A stretch of 64,000 nt of DNA from Thermoanaerobaculia bacterium (GCA_963699245.1 OY969426.1:1048695-1112694), one strand, 5' to 3'. Counted from the stretch's first letter, positions 1 through 9,390 are shown. Program-made: numbers and translations. The notes: generated from the letters alone by a model not told the origin.

Positions 1-212
1 GCGGCGAGCTCGCGACGAACCGACTCGATCAGGCCGGCGAGCTCGCCGTCGGCCAGGCGCAGCCGCCCGGCATGATTCCACTCCGGCTCGTCGACGTGAC
101 GGTTGCGGGCGAGGTAATAGCCCTCGCGCTCGTCGATCTCGCCGCCGTAGAGCGCCGCTACGAAGGGACCGTGCGCTTCGACGGCCCGGCGGACGATCGC
201 GGGCGACAACAT
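1..212 (-). CDS. hypothetical protein, 5' part only (continues past the window start)
   Basis: ATG at 212-210 lies 4 nt after the stop of the AsnB-like gene. The frame is open to position 1 (MLSPAIVRRAVEAHGPFVAALYGGEIDEREGYYLARNRHVDEPEWNH...). No family recognised. It is absent from the ORF track because it is truncated. Confidence 0.4.
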   Translation of the reverse strand, partial: MLSPAIVRRAVEAHGPFVAALYGGEIDEREGYYLARNRHVDEPEWNHAGRLRLADGELAGLIESVRRELA

Positions 213-216
213 GGCT

Positions 217-2091
217 TCAGGTCCGCCGGTCGGCGGCGGCGGCCGCGATCGAGGCCGGCTTCAGCACCTGCTTCGTCCAGAGATCGAACATGAGCAGATT
301 GAAGACGAAATCGGTCGGGCGGCGGCGGATCTCGGCCATCGCCTGCGGCGAGAGCCAGTCCGGCCGCTCCACCGCCGCGAAGCGCTCGCGCAGGACGCCC
401 TCGGTCATCCAGCGCCAGAAGTCGGAGTTGAACGCGGTCCCCCCCTTGGTCCGCCCGACCAGCTCGCCGAGGCCGCGACGGCGGAGCTGCTCCTGCTGGA
501 GCGGCTTGAAGCGCTCCGTCCACGGGCCTTCGCTGCGCAGGTAGCGCGCTTCCGGCGCGAAAGCGAAGCCGGAGGCGAGCGACTCCTCTTCGAGGTAGAG
601 GTGGACGAGGTCGAGGCCGTTCTCCTGGTAGAGCCGGGTCACCGCCAGGTGGGGATCGAGGCCGGCGGTAAGGGTGCCGATGACGTGCAGGTGCTCCATC
701 AGGTCGTCGCTGCCGAGGAGCGTGCGCTCGAGCTCCTCCATCTCGTCGAAGTAGCGCACCAGGGTGTCGGCGCCGAAGCCCGGCAGGAGAAAATCTCGCT
801 CGACGGTCAGCAGGACGTGGCTCACCGGGTGCACCAGGGTCCGCGCATCCTCGTTGGTCTCGACCGCGTCGACCCAGGTGCCCCAGCGCCGGTGGCGCCT
901 GAGTCGCGGCAGCGCCGCGCGCAGCTGGGCGAGGCGCTCCGGCTGCCGGCGCAGCCAGCGCCAGCGCTGCACCGGGTCGACGACCGAGTCCCCGAGCGTC
1001 ACGTCGGCGCCGTAACCGGTGAAGAGCACGCGCGGTGCGCCGGCATCGGCTGCCATCGTCTCGGCCAGGAACAGGTGCCCCGGCCACCCTTCGTTGAAGA
1101 GCGATGGTTCGCTCACGATCGCGAGCGAGCGGTCGAGCACGTCGAGGTAGCGGTCGGGAGTCAGCCGTGGCGTCTCGTGTCTCGTGCCGAGCAGCCGGCT
1201 GGCGTCGCGCGCGTAGTCGACCTCGAACTCGAAACTCTGTGCCGCCACGGCGAAGCTGTAGGAGCGCCGCGGCCGCTCGCCGAGCGCGTCGTTGAGCCAG
1301 GCCTGGACGAGCGACGAATCGAGCCCGCCCGAAAGGAGGTTGCCGACTCCGGCACCGATCCGCGTCGCTTCGTCGACCCACTTCGCCGCGATGCCCGCCA
1401 TGCGCGCATCGAGCCAGGCGAGCCCGCGCTCGTCGATGCGGTCGAAGCGCGGCAGTCCGGCGATGACGTCACGCAGCGTGCGCGCCTGCGAGAGGCCGAC
1501 GGCCGCTCCGTCGTAGCGCAGGAGCGTGCCCGGCATCAGCTTGCGGACGCCGCGGAAGTAGGTGCGCTCTCCCGCCACGAATCGGAAGAGGAAATGGGCC
1601 GGCACCGCCTCCTCGTCGAGCTCCACCCGGTCGAGCAGGGGCAGGAGAAGGCGAGGCTCGGTCGCGGCCGCGAATCCGAGGCGCGTCTCGGCCCAGTAGA
1701 GCGTCTGCATCGAGACGAAGCTGGAGAGCGCCGCGAGCCGCGGCTGCCGCAGGTCGATCGCCAGCAGGAGAGCGCTGCCGCCGAGCCCGTTGGCCTCGAT
1801 GCGCTCCGGCGTGACCGCTCCGGCGGCGGCGAGGTCGGTGGCTGAGCGCCACCCGCCGCCGAGCGCGCGCATCGCTCCCGCCACCACGACCAGGTTCGGG
1901 CCGCTCTCGGCCCGGTCGGCGCCGTCGTCGGCGAGCAACAGCGCACCCGCCTCGCCGTAGTCGATGCGGCGGGCGCGCCCGGCGATCGCCGACGGCCACC
2001 CGGCCGGCGCGGCGACGCGCCCGTCGCGACGAAACTGCAGCGCGAGGCGCGGCGTCAGCTTGCGGGAGGCGGCAGCCGGGGCTTCCGTCAT
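217..2091 (-). CDS. asparagine synthase (AsnB)-family adenylating enzyme lacking the N-terminal catalytic Cys
   Basis: 624 aa. It has the PP-loop motif NLLSGGLDSS and AsnB C-terminal domain-like sequence. It starts MTEAPAAAS, so there is no Cys2. The ATG at 2091 overlaps the upstream stop (ATGA at 2088-2091). The longer track ORF 217..2664 overlaps the upstream gene. Confidence 0.8.
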   Translation of the reverse strand: MTEAPAAASRKLTPRLALQFRRDGRVAAPAGWPSAIAGRARRIDYGEAGALLLADDGADRAESGPNLVVVAGAMRALGGGWRSATDLAAAGAVTPERIEANGLGGSALLLAIDLRQPRLAALSSFVSMQTLYWAETRLGFAAATEPRLLLPLLDRVELDEEAVPAHFLFRFVAGERTYFRGVRKLMPGTLLRYDGAAVGLSQARTLRDVIAGLPRFDRIDERGLAWLDARMAGIAAKWVDEATRIGAGVGNLLSGGLDSSLVQAWLNDALGERPRRSYSFAVAAQSFEFEVDYARDASRLLGTRHETPRLTPDRYLDVLDRSLAIVSEPSLFNEGWPGHLFLAETMAADAGAPRVLFTGYGADVTLGDSVVDPVQRWRWLRRQPERLAQLRAALPRLRRHRRWGTWVDAVETNEDARTLVHPVSHVLLTVERDFLLPGFGADTLVRYFDEMEELERTLLGSDDLMEHLHVIGTLTAGLDPHLAVTRLYQENGLDLVHLYLEEESLASGFAFAPEARYLRSEGPWTERFKPLQQEQLRRRGLGELVGRTKGGTAFNSDFWRWMTEGVLRERFAAVERPDWLSPQAMAEIRRRPTDFVFNLLMFDLWTKQVLKPASIAAAAADRRT

Positions 2092-5000
2092 GTCGCCTGC
2101 GAGGCGCGCGCGGCGCGCAGGTCCTGCTGCGTGCGACGCAGGCGCTGCGACAGCGTCCGGCAGATCGCCACGCCGAGCTGCGGCAACTGCTCGATCAGGC
2201 TGTAGAAGTGGCTGCGGTCGAGGACCAGCAGGGTGCAGGGAGTCGCCGCGACGCAGGTGGCCGAGCGCGGCTCGTCGTCGAAGAGAGCCATCTCGCCGAA
2301 GAAGTCGCCTTCCTTGAGGCGCGCCACTTCGCGCAGGGCGCCGGCCTGCCCGGCGCGCACCGAGACTTCGCCGCTGTTGATGAGGAAGAAGTCCTCGCCG
2401 ATCGTCCCCTCCTCGAAGATCGTCTCCTCCGTCAGGTAGTCGTTGCGCCGCAGGACCGCGTCGAGCGCCAGCAGGTCGTCGAGCGAGAGGTCGTGGAAGA
2501 GCGCGATGCGCTTGAGGAAGAGCAGGCGGCTCATCGGGGTCTCCTTCCGCGCGAGCCGGGCTTCGACGGTCGCGCTGATCAGCGGATCGGGATCGTTGCG
2601 GAGCTCGCCGCGCAGCGGCCGGCCGAGCTCGGCGGCGATCTCGATCGCCGCCACCCGCACCCACCGGTCGTCGAGGTTCATCAGCTCGTCCAGCGAGAGG
2701 GCGCCGCTGCCGTGAACGGCGGCGACGGCGCTCCCTTCCTCGGCCAGCGCCTCGAGCAGGTGCATCACCGGCATCACGAAGCGCCGCTGCGGAATCGACG
2801 CCAGCGCCTCGACCGCGTTGGCGCGCATGCGAGTGTCGCGGCCGCGCAGCGCCTGGCGGGCGTGGCGCAGGATGCGGTTGTGACCGAAGGCGCCGAGCAC
2901 GCGCAGGACCTCGTCCACGGCGCGGCGGTCCGAGTCAGCGAGGACCGTCTCGAGCGGCGTCCAGCGCGCGTCGCCGGTCGGCATCATCGCCCGCCAGCGG
3001 CGGTTGCGCTCGACCTCCGCGAAGTCCGCCTTGAGATAGGCGAGGGCGGCGTCGGCGGCGCCCTGGGTCCGCACCGTGCCGAGCGCGCCGAGCGCCGCGT
3101 CGACCACTTCGGGGCGCCGCGAGGCGAGCGCCTGCGCGAGATAAGGGATCGCGATCTCGCCGGTCGCGCCCAGCGTTTCGGCGGCGCGGCGGCGAACCAT
3201 GGCATGGGTGTCCTCGAGCCCCCGGGCGACGAGAGCGAGCCGCCGGCGGTCCTCCTTGCCGATCAGCGCCACCGCCGCCGAACGCACGCGCGGCTCGTCG
3301 CTCTCGAGCTCGAGCTCGGCGAGGTCGACCACGGCGGCGTACTTGTCGCCGAGCGGCGCCATCGTCACCAGCCCTTCGAGCGCGGTGGCGCGGGTGGCCG
3401 GGGCGCCGCGCATCATCGCCTCGACGAGCGCCGGCAGGAGCTTGCGGTCCGCCGACGCGCGCGCTCCCCGCGCCACCGCCGCGAGGCCGTCGTCGCCCAG
3501 CTCGGGATCGCGCGTCAGCAGCGGGCCGGCGGGCGCCGATTCGCCGCGCAGCGACGCAGCGCGGGCCAGGCCGCGGACCTTGGCGTCGGGGCTCGCGATC
3601 AGCGGCGCCAACTCGGCGGCCGCGAGCGTTCTGCCGAGACGAAGCGATGCCTCGAGCACGAGTGCCTGGATCTGCGGCGAGCCGGTGCGCAGCAGGTCGA
3701 CGAGCGGGCCGCGCTCCCCCTTGCCGCGCAGCGCGGCGAGGAAGTTGACGCCCGCCTCGAGCCCGCGCCCCTCGAGCTGGTCGAGCACCGGCAGCGCGGC
3801 GGCGAGGAAACGGTCGGCGCCGAGCCGGGCCGCCAGCTCGAGGCCGAAAGCGCGCGTCTCGCTGTCGGTGCTGCCGAGCAGGCGGTCGACCTCCTCGGCG
3901 TACTGCTCCGGAATCTTGATCCGGTGGCCGTCGGCGGTCGAGAGATCGACGCCGCGCGACGAGAGCTGCGTCGATAGCGCCGCGACGTACTTGCGGCCGC
4001 GCCACCAGCCGAGCGCCACGTGCAGGATGCCGAGGCCGATCGCCAACAGGGTGATCTGCCGCAGGCTCAGCCGCGTCTGCACCGCGGCGAGCAGCAACCC
4101 GCCGATGAGCAGGCCCGAAGGCTGCAGCACGCCCTCCGAAATCGAACGGACGCGGCCGAGGAAGCGCGGCGGAACCGCGTTGTAGGTCAGGTTCTCGACC
4201 GGGTTGTTGAGGCTGGCGCTGACGGTGTCGAAGTTGACGCTGGTGACGACGCCGGTCGCAACCCCGGGCGTGACGGCGAGGCCCGCGAAGGAGACCAGCG
4301 ACGTCGCCGGATAGACGACGTTCATCCGGCCGACGCCGAGCTTCTGGATCATCGGCCGGGTGACGAAGGTGACGATCAGCACCTCGAGCACGGCGAGAAC
4401 GGCCTTCAGCGTGCCGAGGAACTCGGTCAGCCGGTGCTCGTCGGGAAAGGCCTGCGTGTAGACCGAGTAGGAGAGGTAGCTGCCGACGGCGCCGAGCAGG
4501 ACGTCGAAGAAACCGACCACCGCCATCAGGGTGATGATCGGGTATTCGGCGAGCAGCGCGGGCAGGCTGCGCAGCGAAGCGCCGAGCGACTCTTCTTCGC
4601 CGCCCTCCTCGGCCTCGCCTTCGAGCGGCTTCTCCGTACGGTCGAGACGGATCAGCAGCGCGAAGACGCCGAGGTAGAGAAACGGAAAGACGAGCAGCAG
4701 GTTCTCCGCCGCCAGGCCCTGCACCAGGACGTTCGCCATGCCGCCGCCGAGCGCGGCGCCGGCCGCGAGCGACACGGTGAGGGCGGCGATCAGGCGCTTT
4801 TGCTCGAGGGTCGTGAAGTAGCTCGCGACCAGCACCCAGAACTGGATGTTGAGCAACATCTCGATCAACACGACGCCGATCAGGATCACGAACCAGACCG
4901 GCTTGGCGCCGATCGGCACTAGTCCCCGCAGGCCCGCCGCGGCGACGACCGCGATCACGATCGAGTAGCGGTAGAGCTTCGTCTTCGGCATGCGATCGAT

Positions 5001-5225
5001 CAGCCGCGACATCGCCGCCGCCACCGGCACGCAGGTGAGTCCGACCAGGATCAGATAGACGGGCACCGAGTCGGAGCCCGCCCGGGAAAGGAAGAGCGCT
5101 TCCGAGGCCGCGCGGGCGAGCGCGTTGGCGGCGTACTGGACGACCGCGATGGCGACGAAGATGCCCAGCCGGGAGAGGCGCTCGGCCGGCAACTCGAGCC
5201 GGGATGCGATCGAGCGCCCGAGCAC
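2088..5225 (-). CDS. polytopic transporter (MFS / ATP:ADP-translocase-like) fused to HEAT-like repeats and a C-terminal cyclic-nucleotide-binding domain
   Basis: 1045 aa. The N-terminal ~430 aa contain about 12 hydrophobic helices. The central part has Ala/Leu/Arg-rich HEAT-like repeats (DEPRVRSAAVALIG, DTHAMVRRRAAETLG, DTRMRANAVEALA). The C-terminus has a cNMP-binding signature (GDFFGEMALFDDEPRSATCVA). Confidence 0.8.
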   Translation of the reverse strand: MLGRSIASRLELPAERLSRLGIFVAIAVVQYAANALARAASEALFLSRAGSDSVPVYLILVGLTCVPVAAAMSRLIDRMPKTKLYRYSIVIAVVAAAGLRGLVPIGAKPVWFVILIGVVLIEMLLNIQFWVLVASYFTTLEQKRLIAALTVSLAAGAALGGGMANVLVQGLAAENLLLVFPFLYLGVFALLIRLDRTEKPLEGEAEEGGEEESLGASLRSLPALLAEYPIITLMAVVGFFDVLLGAVGSYLSYSVYTQAFPDEHRLTEFLGTLKAVLAVLEVLIVTFVTRPMIQKLGVGRMNVVYPATSLVSFAGLAVTPGVATGVVTSVNFDTVSASLNNPVENLTYNAVPPRFLGRVRSISEGVLQPSGLLIGGLLLAAVQTRLSLRQITLLAIGLGILHVALGWWRGRKYVAALSTQLSSRGVDLSTADGHRIKIPEQYAEEVDRLLGSTDSETRAFGLELAARLGADRFLAAALPVLDQLEGRGLEAGVNFLAALRGKGERGPLVDLLRTGSPQIQALVLEASLRLGRTLAAAELAPLIASPDAKVRGLARAASLRGESAPAGPLLTRDPELGDDGLAAVARGARASADRKLLPALVEAMMRGAPATRATALEGLVTMAPLGDKYAAVVDLAELELESDEPRVRSAAVALIGKEDRRRLALVARGLEDTHAMVRRRAAETLGATGEIAIPYLAQALASRRPEVVDAALGALGTVRTQGAADAALAYLKADFAEVERNRRWRAMMPTGDARWTPLETVLADSDRRAVDEVLRVLGAFGHNRILRHARQALRGRDTRMRANAVEALASIPQRRFVMPVMHLLEALAEEGSAVAAVHGSGALSLDELMNLDDRWVRVAAIEIAAELGRPLRGELRNDPDPLISATVEARLARKETPMSRLLFLKRIALFHDLSLDDLLALDAVLRRNDYLTEETIFEEGTIGEDFFLINSGEVSVRAGQAGALREVARLKEGDFFGEMALFDDEPRSATCVAATPCTLLVLDRSHFYSLIEQLPQLGVAICRTLSQRLRRTQQDLRAARASQAT

Positions 5226-5227
5226 GG

Positions 5228-6553
5228 TCAGTGGTCGAGAAAGTCGCCGATGACGTTTACCGCCAGCTCCACGAAACCCGGGCGGAAGACGTCGATGAAG
5301 GAGTTCCCGTCTTCGGCCAGCGGCCCGCGCACCGAGAAGGTGACCCAGGGGAAGCCGAGCCCGGTCGCCCGCCGGTGGGCGGCGCAGGCGGCCTCGTGGA
5401 AGGGCTGCACGGAGTCACCGCAATCGACCAGCAGGTAGAAGCCGAAGGCGGCCAGCAGGAGGTACTCGAGCACCCCGGAGGGGCGCGCTCCCCGCCCGTC
5501 GGTGGCGGCGGCACGGATCTCGTCCCAAGCGAGGACGCGAAGGCTACCGTCGCGCCGCGTGAGGAAGAAGTGCTCGTGCACCGGGTCGAAGTACACGGTC
5601 CGGAAGACGTCGTCGTCGGAGACGATGCCCGCCACCGAAACCGGCTCGTCGGGCGCGCCGTCCCCTTCCTCGTGCATCCGTCGCGCCAGCTTGACCGGAT
5701 CCTGCACCGCCAGAAGAAAGCGGCCGAGCAGCGTCGAGAGGGACTCGATGCCCATGCCGAGGAACTCGCTGTTGACCGCGTCCCAGTAGGCGGGCCAGGC
5801 GATGTCGCGGTGAAGGGCCGAGCGCGCCGGCCACAACGCCTGGAAGGCGGGCTCCAGCCGGCAGTGCGCCAGGTCCTCGCCGATCGCCAGCAGCGAGGCC
5901 GAATCGTGCCCTTCGGGGAGGACGTCGCGCGCCCCCTTGACCGGCGAAGCGTCGAAGATGCCGCGAACGACCTGCTCGAAGCGCTGCGGCGAGATCGAGG
6001 CGGCCTCGATCATCTGCAGCGAGTAGTCCCAGATCGCCTTGATGCGCTGCAGCGTCGAGGAAGAGATGTTCAGCGACGCGTAAGTGCGGTGGTCGTACTT
6101 CTTGATGAACTGCGAGCCGACGAGCCGGGCCGGCCCCAGCCGCGGATGAAGCCGGAAATCGAGGAAAACGCTCTTGTCGCCGTCGGCGGTGAAACGGTCG
6201 TGGGCGAGGGTGCGCACGCCGGAGAGCTCCGCGTCGAAGCCGCCGCGGTCGATCAGCCGCTCGAGCAGCCGGGCCCGCACCACGTCGCGCGCCGTGAACC
6301 AGCAGCCGGGCTGCTCGGCGAACAGGAGCGCCGGCCTGTCGCCCAGCCCTCGCACTTCGGGAGCGTCGGGATCGACGCCGAGCCCGAACAGGAACTTGCG
6401 ATAGGCCTCCCGCTTGCCGGTCGCCTCGAGGTGCGCCGCGAGCTCGCTCCAGTTCTGGATCTGCAACTCGGAGGCCCGCGAGGCGCCGCCGGCCGGATCG
6501 CGATGGTCGTCGGCGGTCGAGGGCGTGAGGAGCGCGCTGGGCGTTTCGGTCAC
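5228..6553 (-). CDS. hypothetical protein (about 441 aa), first gene of the 217-6553 operon
   Basis: This frame has normal, non-Arg/Gly-biased composition. GTG at 6553 is preceded by GGAAG. The stop at 5228 is 3 nt from the start of the downstream transporter gene. Track ORF 5228..7354 extends further, but the upstream part runs through the divergent promoter and the SBP gene. No family recognised. Confidence 0.6.
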   Translation of the reverse strand: MTETPSALLTPSTADDHRDPAGGASRASELQIQNWSELAAHLEATGKREAYRKFLFGLGVDPDAPEVRGLGDRPALLFAEQPGCWFTARDVVRARLLERLIDRGGFDAELSGVRTLAHDRFTADGDKSVFLDFRLHPRLGPARLVGSQFIKKYDHRTYASLNISSSTLQRIKAIWDYSLQMIEAASISPQRFEQVVRGIFDASPVKGARDVLPEGHDSASLLAIGEDLAHCRLEPAFQALWPARSALHRDIAWPAYWDAVNSEFLGMGIESLSTLLGRFLLAVQDPVKLARRMHEEGDGAPDEPVSVAGIVSDDDVFRTVYFDPVHEHFFLTRRDGSLRVLAWDEIRAAATDGRGARPSGVLEYLLLAAFGFYLLVDCGDSVQPFHEAACAAHRRATGLGFPWVTFSVRGPLAEDGNSFIDVFRPGFVELAVNVIGDFLDH

Positions 6554-6706
6554 TGGCTTCCGGGAGCCACGATGCGGTTCGCACCGCTTCGCGAGCTCTT
6601 CGAGGTCTCTACTGAACGGCCGGCAAGCTAGCACAGGGGTCGGAGGGGAACAAGATTCGGAGCATGGACGGCCGTTCGCGCTTAGAATCGCCGCTCGATC
6701 GCGAAC

Positions 6707-8368
6707 ATGAAACGACCGTCGCATCCGATTCGCGGCCTCGCGCTGGCCGTCGTCGCCTTCGCCTCGCTCGCCGCGGGCTGCGGCGGCGGGGCGTCGCGCG
6801 CGCCCGGCCGCGTCGTCCGCATCGGCTGGGCCGGCAGCCCCGACAGCCTCAATCCGGGCGTCGGCATCCTCTCGGAGTCGTACATCCTCTTCGGCCTGGT
6901 CTACGACTCCCTCTACCAGCTCGAGCTCGACAACACCTTCTCGCTCGGCCTCGCCGAGAGCGCGACGCCCTCCGAGGACCGCCGGACCTGGACCTTCCGG
7001 CTGCGCCCCGGCGCCACGTTCCACGACGGAACGCCGGTGACCTCGGCCGACGTCCGCTTCTCGCTCGAGCTCTACAAGAACCACGCGGAGTTCCCCTTCC
7101 TCAACGGCTACACGGGGGACTTCGAGTCGATCGACACGCCCGACCCGTCGACCGTGGTCCTTCACCTGGCGCGGGCGATTCCGAACCTCGACAGCCAGCT
7201 CGTCTTCCTCTTCATCCTGCCCGAGCACCTCTGGAAGGAGCACGCCGCGAAGCCGGTCGAATTCGCCAACGCGGCGATGGTCGGCAGCGGCCCCTTCCGG
7301 CTGGTCGAGAGCCGGGACAACGAATTCGTCCGCCTCGCCGCGTGGAAGAGCCATCCGCTCGCCGCGCCGAAGATCGACGAGGTCGTCTTCATCACCTACG
7401 GCAGCCTCGACGCCCTGGTGCAGGCCCTGCGCACCGGCGAGGTCGACGCGATCACCGAAATGCCCCCGGCCGCCGTCGCCTCCCTCCGCCGCGATCCGGA
7501 GATCGCGGTCGCCGCCGGCGCGCCGCTCTCACCCAATGTCGCCGACATCAAGCTCGATCAGATGGACCCCGCGCACTGCCCCGCCGGTGGCATCTGCTCC
7601 GGCCATCCGGCCCTGCGCGACGTGCGCGTCCGCCGCGCGCTCGCCATGGCGACGCCGAAGCAGGAGCTCATCGACGTCGTCCTGCTCGGCACGGGCGTTG
7701 CGGGGCGCACTCTGATCCCGGACGCGCTCGGCAGCTTCTACGACAAGGATCTGGCCGACTTCCCCTTCGACATCGCCGCCGCCAACCGGCTGCTCGACGA
7801 GGCCGGCTACGCGGACCGCGACGGCGACGGCGTGCGTGAGATGCCGGACGGCTCGCGCCAGCTCGAGCTGCGCTACTTTTTCCCGAGCGACAACTCCGGC
7901 GCGCCGCGCGCCGCCGAGATCGTCGGGCGCGCCTGGTCGCGCATCGGCGTCCGGCTCGACCGCCGCGCGGTCGACCGCAACGCGCTCGCCGCGGCGCGCG
8001 GACCGGTCTTCGACTACGACGTGATCGCCTGGAGCTGGGAGTCCGATCCCGACCCCAGCTTCCTCCTCTCGGTCATGACGTCGGGCGAGATCGCCACCGG
8101 CGGCAACGACACGGGATGGTCGAATCCCGAGTACGACGAGCTCTTCGACCGCCAGGCCGCCGAGCTCGACCCGGCGAAGCGCCGCGAAATGATCTTCCGC
8201 ATGCAGGAGATCGCGCTGCGCGAGGTGGCCTACATCGTCCCCTACTACCCCCGCGTAGTCGAAGCCTTTCGCCGCGATCGCTTCCGCGGCTGGCGCACCG
8301 ACCAACCGGGGCTGCAGTTCGAGGACCGCAGCTCGCTCTCCTTTCTCGAGCCGGTGACGAAGCCGTGA
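6707..8368 (+). CDS. ABC transporter substrate-binding lipoprotein, family 5 (DppA/OppA-like peptide binding)
   Basis: 553 aa. It has a lipoprotein signal with lipobox (MKRPSHPIRGLALAVVAFASLAAGC). Its length and sequence resemble family-5 solute-binding proteins. It is followed by matching permease and ATPase genes. Confidence 0.85.
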   Translation: MKRPSHPIRGLALAVVAFASLAAGCGGGASRAPGRVVRIGWAGSPDSLNPGVGILSESYILFGLVYDSLYQLELDNTFSLGLAESATPSEDRRTWTFRLRPGATFHDGTPVTSADVRFSLELYKNHAEFPFLNGYTGDFESIDTPDPSTVVLHLARAIPNLDSQLVFLFILPEHLWKEHAAKPVEFANAAMVGSGPFRLVESRDNEFVRLAAWKSHPLAAPKIDEVVFITYGSLDALVQALRTGEVDAITEMPPAAVASLRRDPEIAVAAGAPLSPNVADIKLDQMDPAHCPAGGICSGHPALRDVRVRRALAMATPKQELIDVVLLGTGVAGRTLIPDALGSFYDKDLADFPFDIAAANRLLDEAGYADRDGDGVREMPDGSRQLELRYFFPSDNSGAPRAAEIVGRAWSRIGVRLDRRAVDRNALAAARGPVFDYDVIAWSWESDPDPSFLLSVMTSGEIATGGNDTGWSNPEYDELFDRQAAELDPAKRREMIFRMQEIALREVAYIVPYYPRVVEAFRRDRFRGWRTDQPGLQFEDRSSLSFLEPVTKP

Positions 8369-9390
8369 GCGCCCGCGAGATCCTCCGTCGCGTCCTCGCC
8401 GCCATCGGCACGATCCTCTTCGTGCTGGTGCTCAACTTCTTCCTCTTCCGCGTCCTGCCGGGGGACCCGGCGCGCGCCGGCGTGCAGGACCCGCGCATGA
8501 CCGAGGAGACGGTCGAGCTGGTGCGGGCGCGCTTCGGCCTCGACCTGCCGGTCTTCAACGGCGTCCAGAGCCTCCATCCGCTGCGCTTCGGCGATTTCTG
8601 GATCAACCCCGCGCGAACGCAGTTCGCGCTCTACCTCGGCAACCTGGCGCGCGGCGAGCTCGGCATCAGCTACCACAGCAACCAGCCGGTCGCGACGCTC
8701 CTCGCCGAGCGGCTCTGGAATACCTTCCTGCTGCTCACCGCCGGCCAGTTGCTGGCCCTCGTCCTCGGTATCGGACTCGGCGTGCTCGCGGCGGCGCGCG
8801 CGGGAAGCCGCACCGACCACTGGACGGTGCTCGGCGGCCTGGCGGCCTGGAGCCTGCCCAGCTTCTGGCTCGCCATCGTCCTGCTCTACGCCGGCAGCCG
8901 CTTCCTCGGCCTGCCGCTCGGCGGGCGCGCGACTCCGGCGCTCGACGCCGGCGCGCTCGGACACGCGCTCGACGTGGCGCGCCACCTCGTCCTGCCGACG
9001 ATCACGCTCGCCATCGTCTACTTCGGCGAGTTCCTCCTCGTCACCAGGAGCGCGCTCGTCGACGTGCTCGGCGAGGACTACATCCTCGTCGCCCGCGCCA
9101 AGGGGCTGTCGGCCGGCCAGGTGCTGCGCCGCCACGCCCTGCGCGGCGCGGCGCTGCCGATCGTCACGCTGGTGGCGCTCAATCTCGGCCTCGTCGTCGC
9201 CGGCGCCGTCCAGGTCGAGATGGTCTTCTCCTGGCCCGGCCTCGGCCTCGCCATGTACGAGGCGGTGGTGCGGCGCGACTATCCGGTGCTGCAGGGGGTC
9301 TTCCTGCTGCTGGCGGTGAGCGTCGTCCTCGCCAACCTGGCCGTCGAGCTGCTCTATCCCAAGCTCGACCCGAGGACCCGCGCGCGATGA
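8365..9390 (+). CDS. ABC transporter permease (DppB/OppB-like)
   Basis: GTG at 8365 overlaps the SBP stop (GTGA). 341 aa, multi-TM. The N-terminus is typical (ILRRVLAAIGTILFVLVLNFFLFRVLPGDP). Confidence 0.85.
   Translation: MSAREILRRVLAAIGTILFVLVLNFFLFRVLPGDPARAGVQDPRMTEETVELVRARFGLDLPVFNGVQSLHPLRFGDFWINPARTQFALYLGNLARGELGISYHSNQPVATLLAERLWNTFLLLTAGQLLALVLGIGLGVLAAARAGSRTDHWTVLGGLAAWSLPSFWLAIVLLYAGSRFLGLPLGGRATPALDAGALGHALDVARHLVLPTITLAIVYFGEFLLVTRSALVDVLGEDYILVARAKGLSAGQVLRRHALRGAALPIVTLVALNLGLVVAGAVQVEMVFSWPGLGLAMYEAVVRRDYPVLQGVFLLLAVSVVLANLAVELLYPKLDPRTRAR

Noticed and set aside
217-6553. Lasso-peptide (RiPP) gene cluster built around the Cys-less AsnB homologue
   Set aside because: I see no transglutaminase-like leader peptidase, no PqqD-like RRE, no ABC exporter and no short precursor ORF next to it. 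The HprK-like kinase and NTase genes are 57 kb away. It is kept only as a fold-level analogy.
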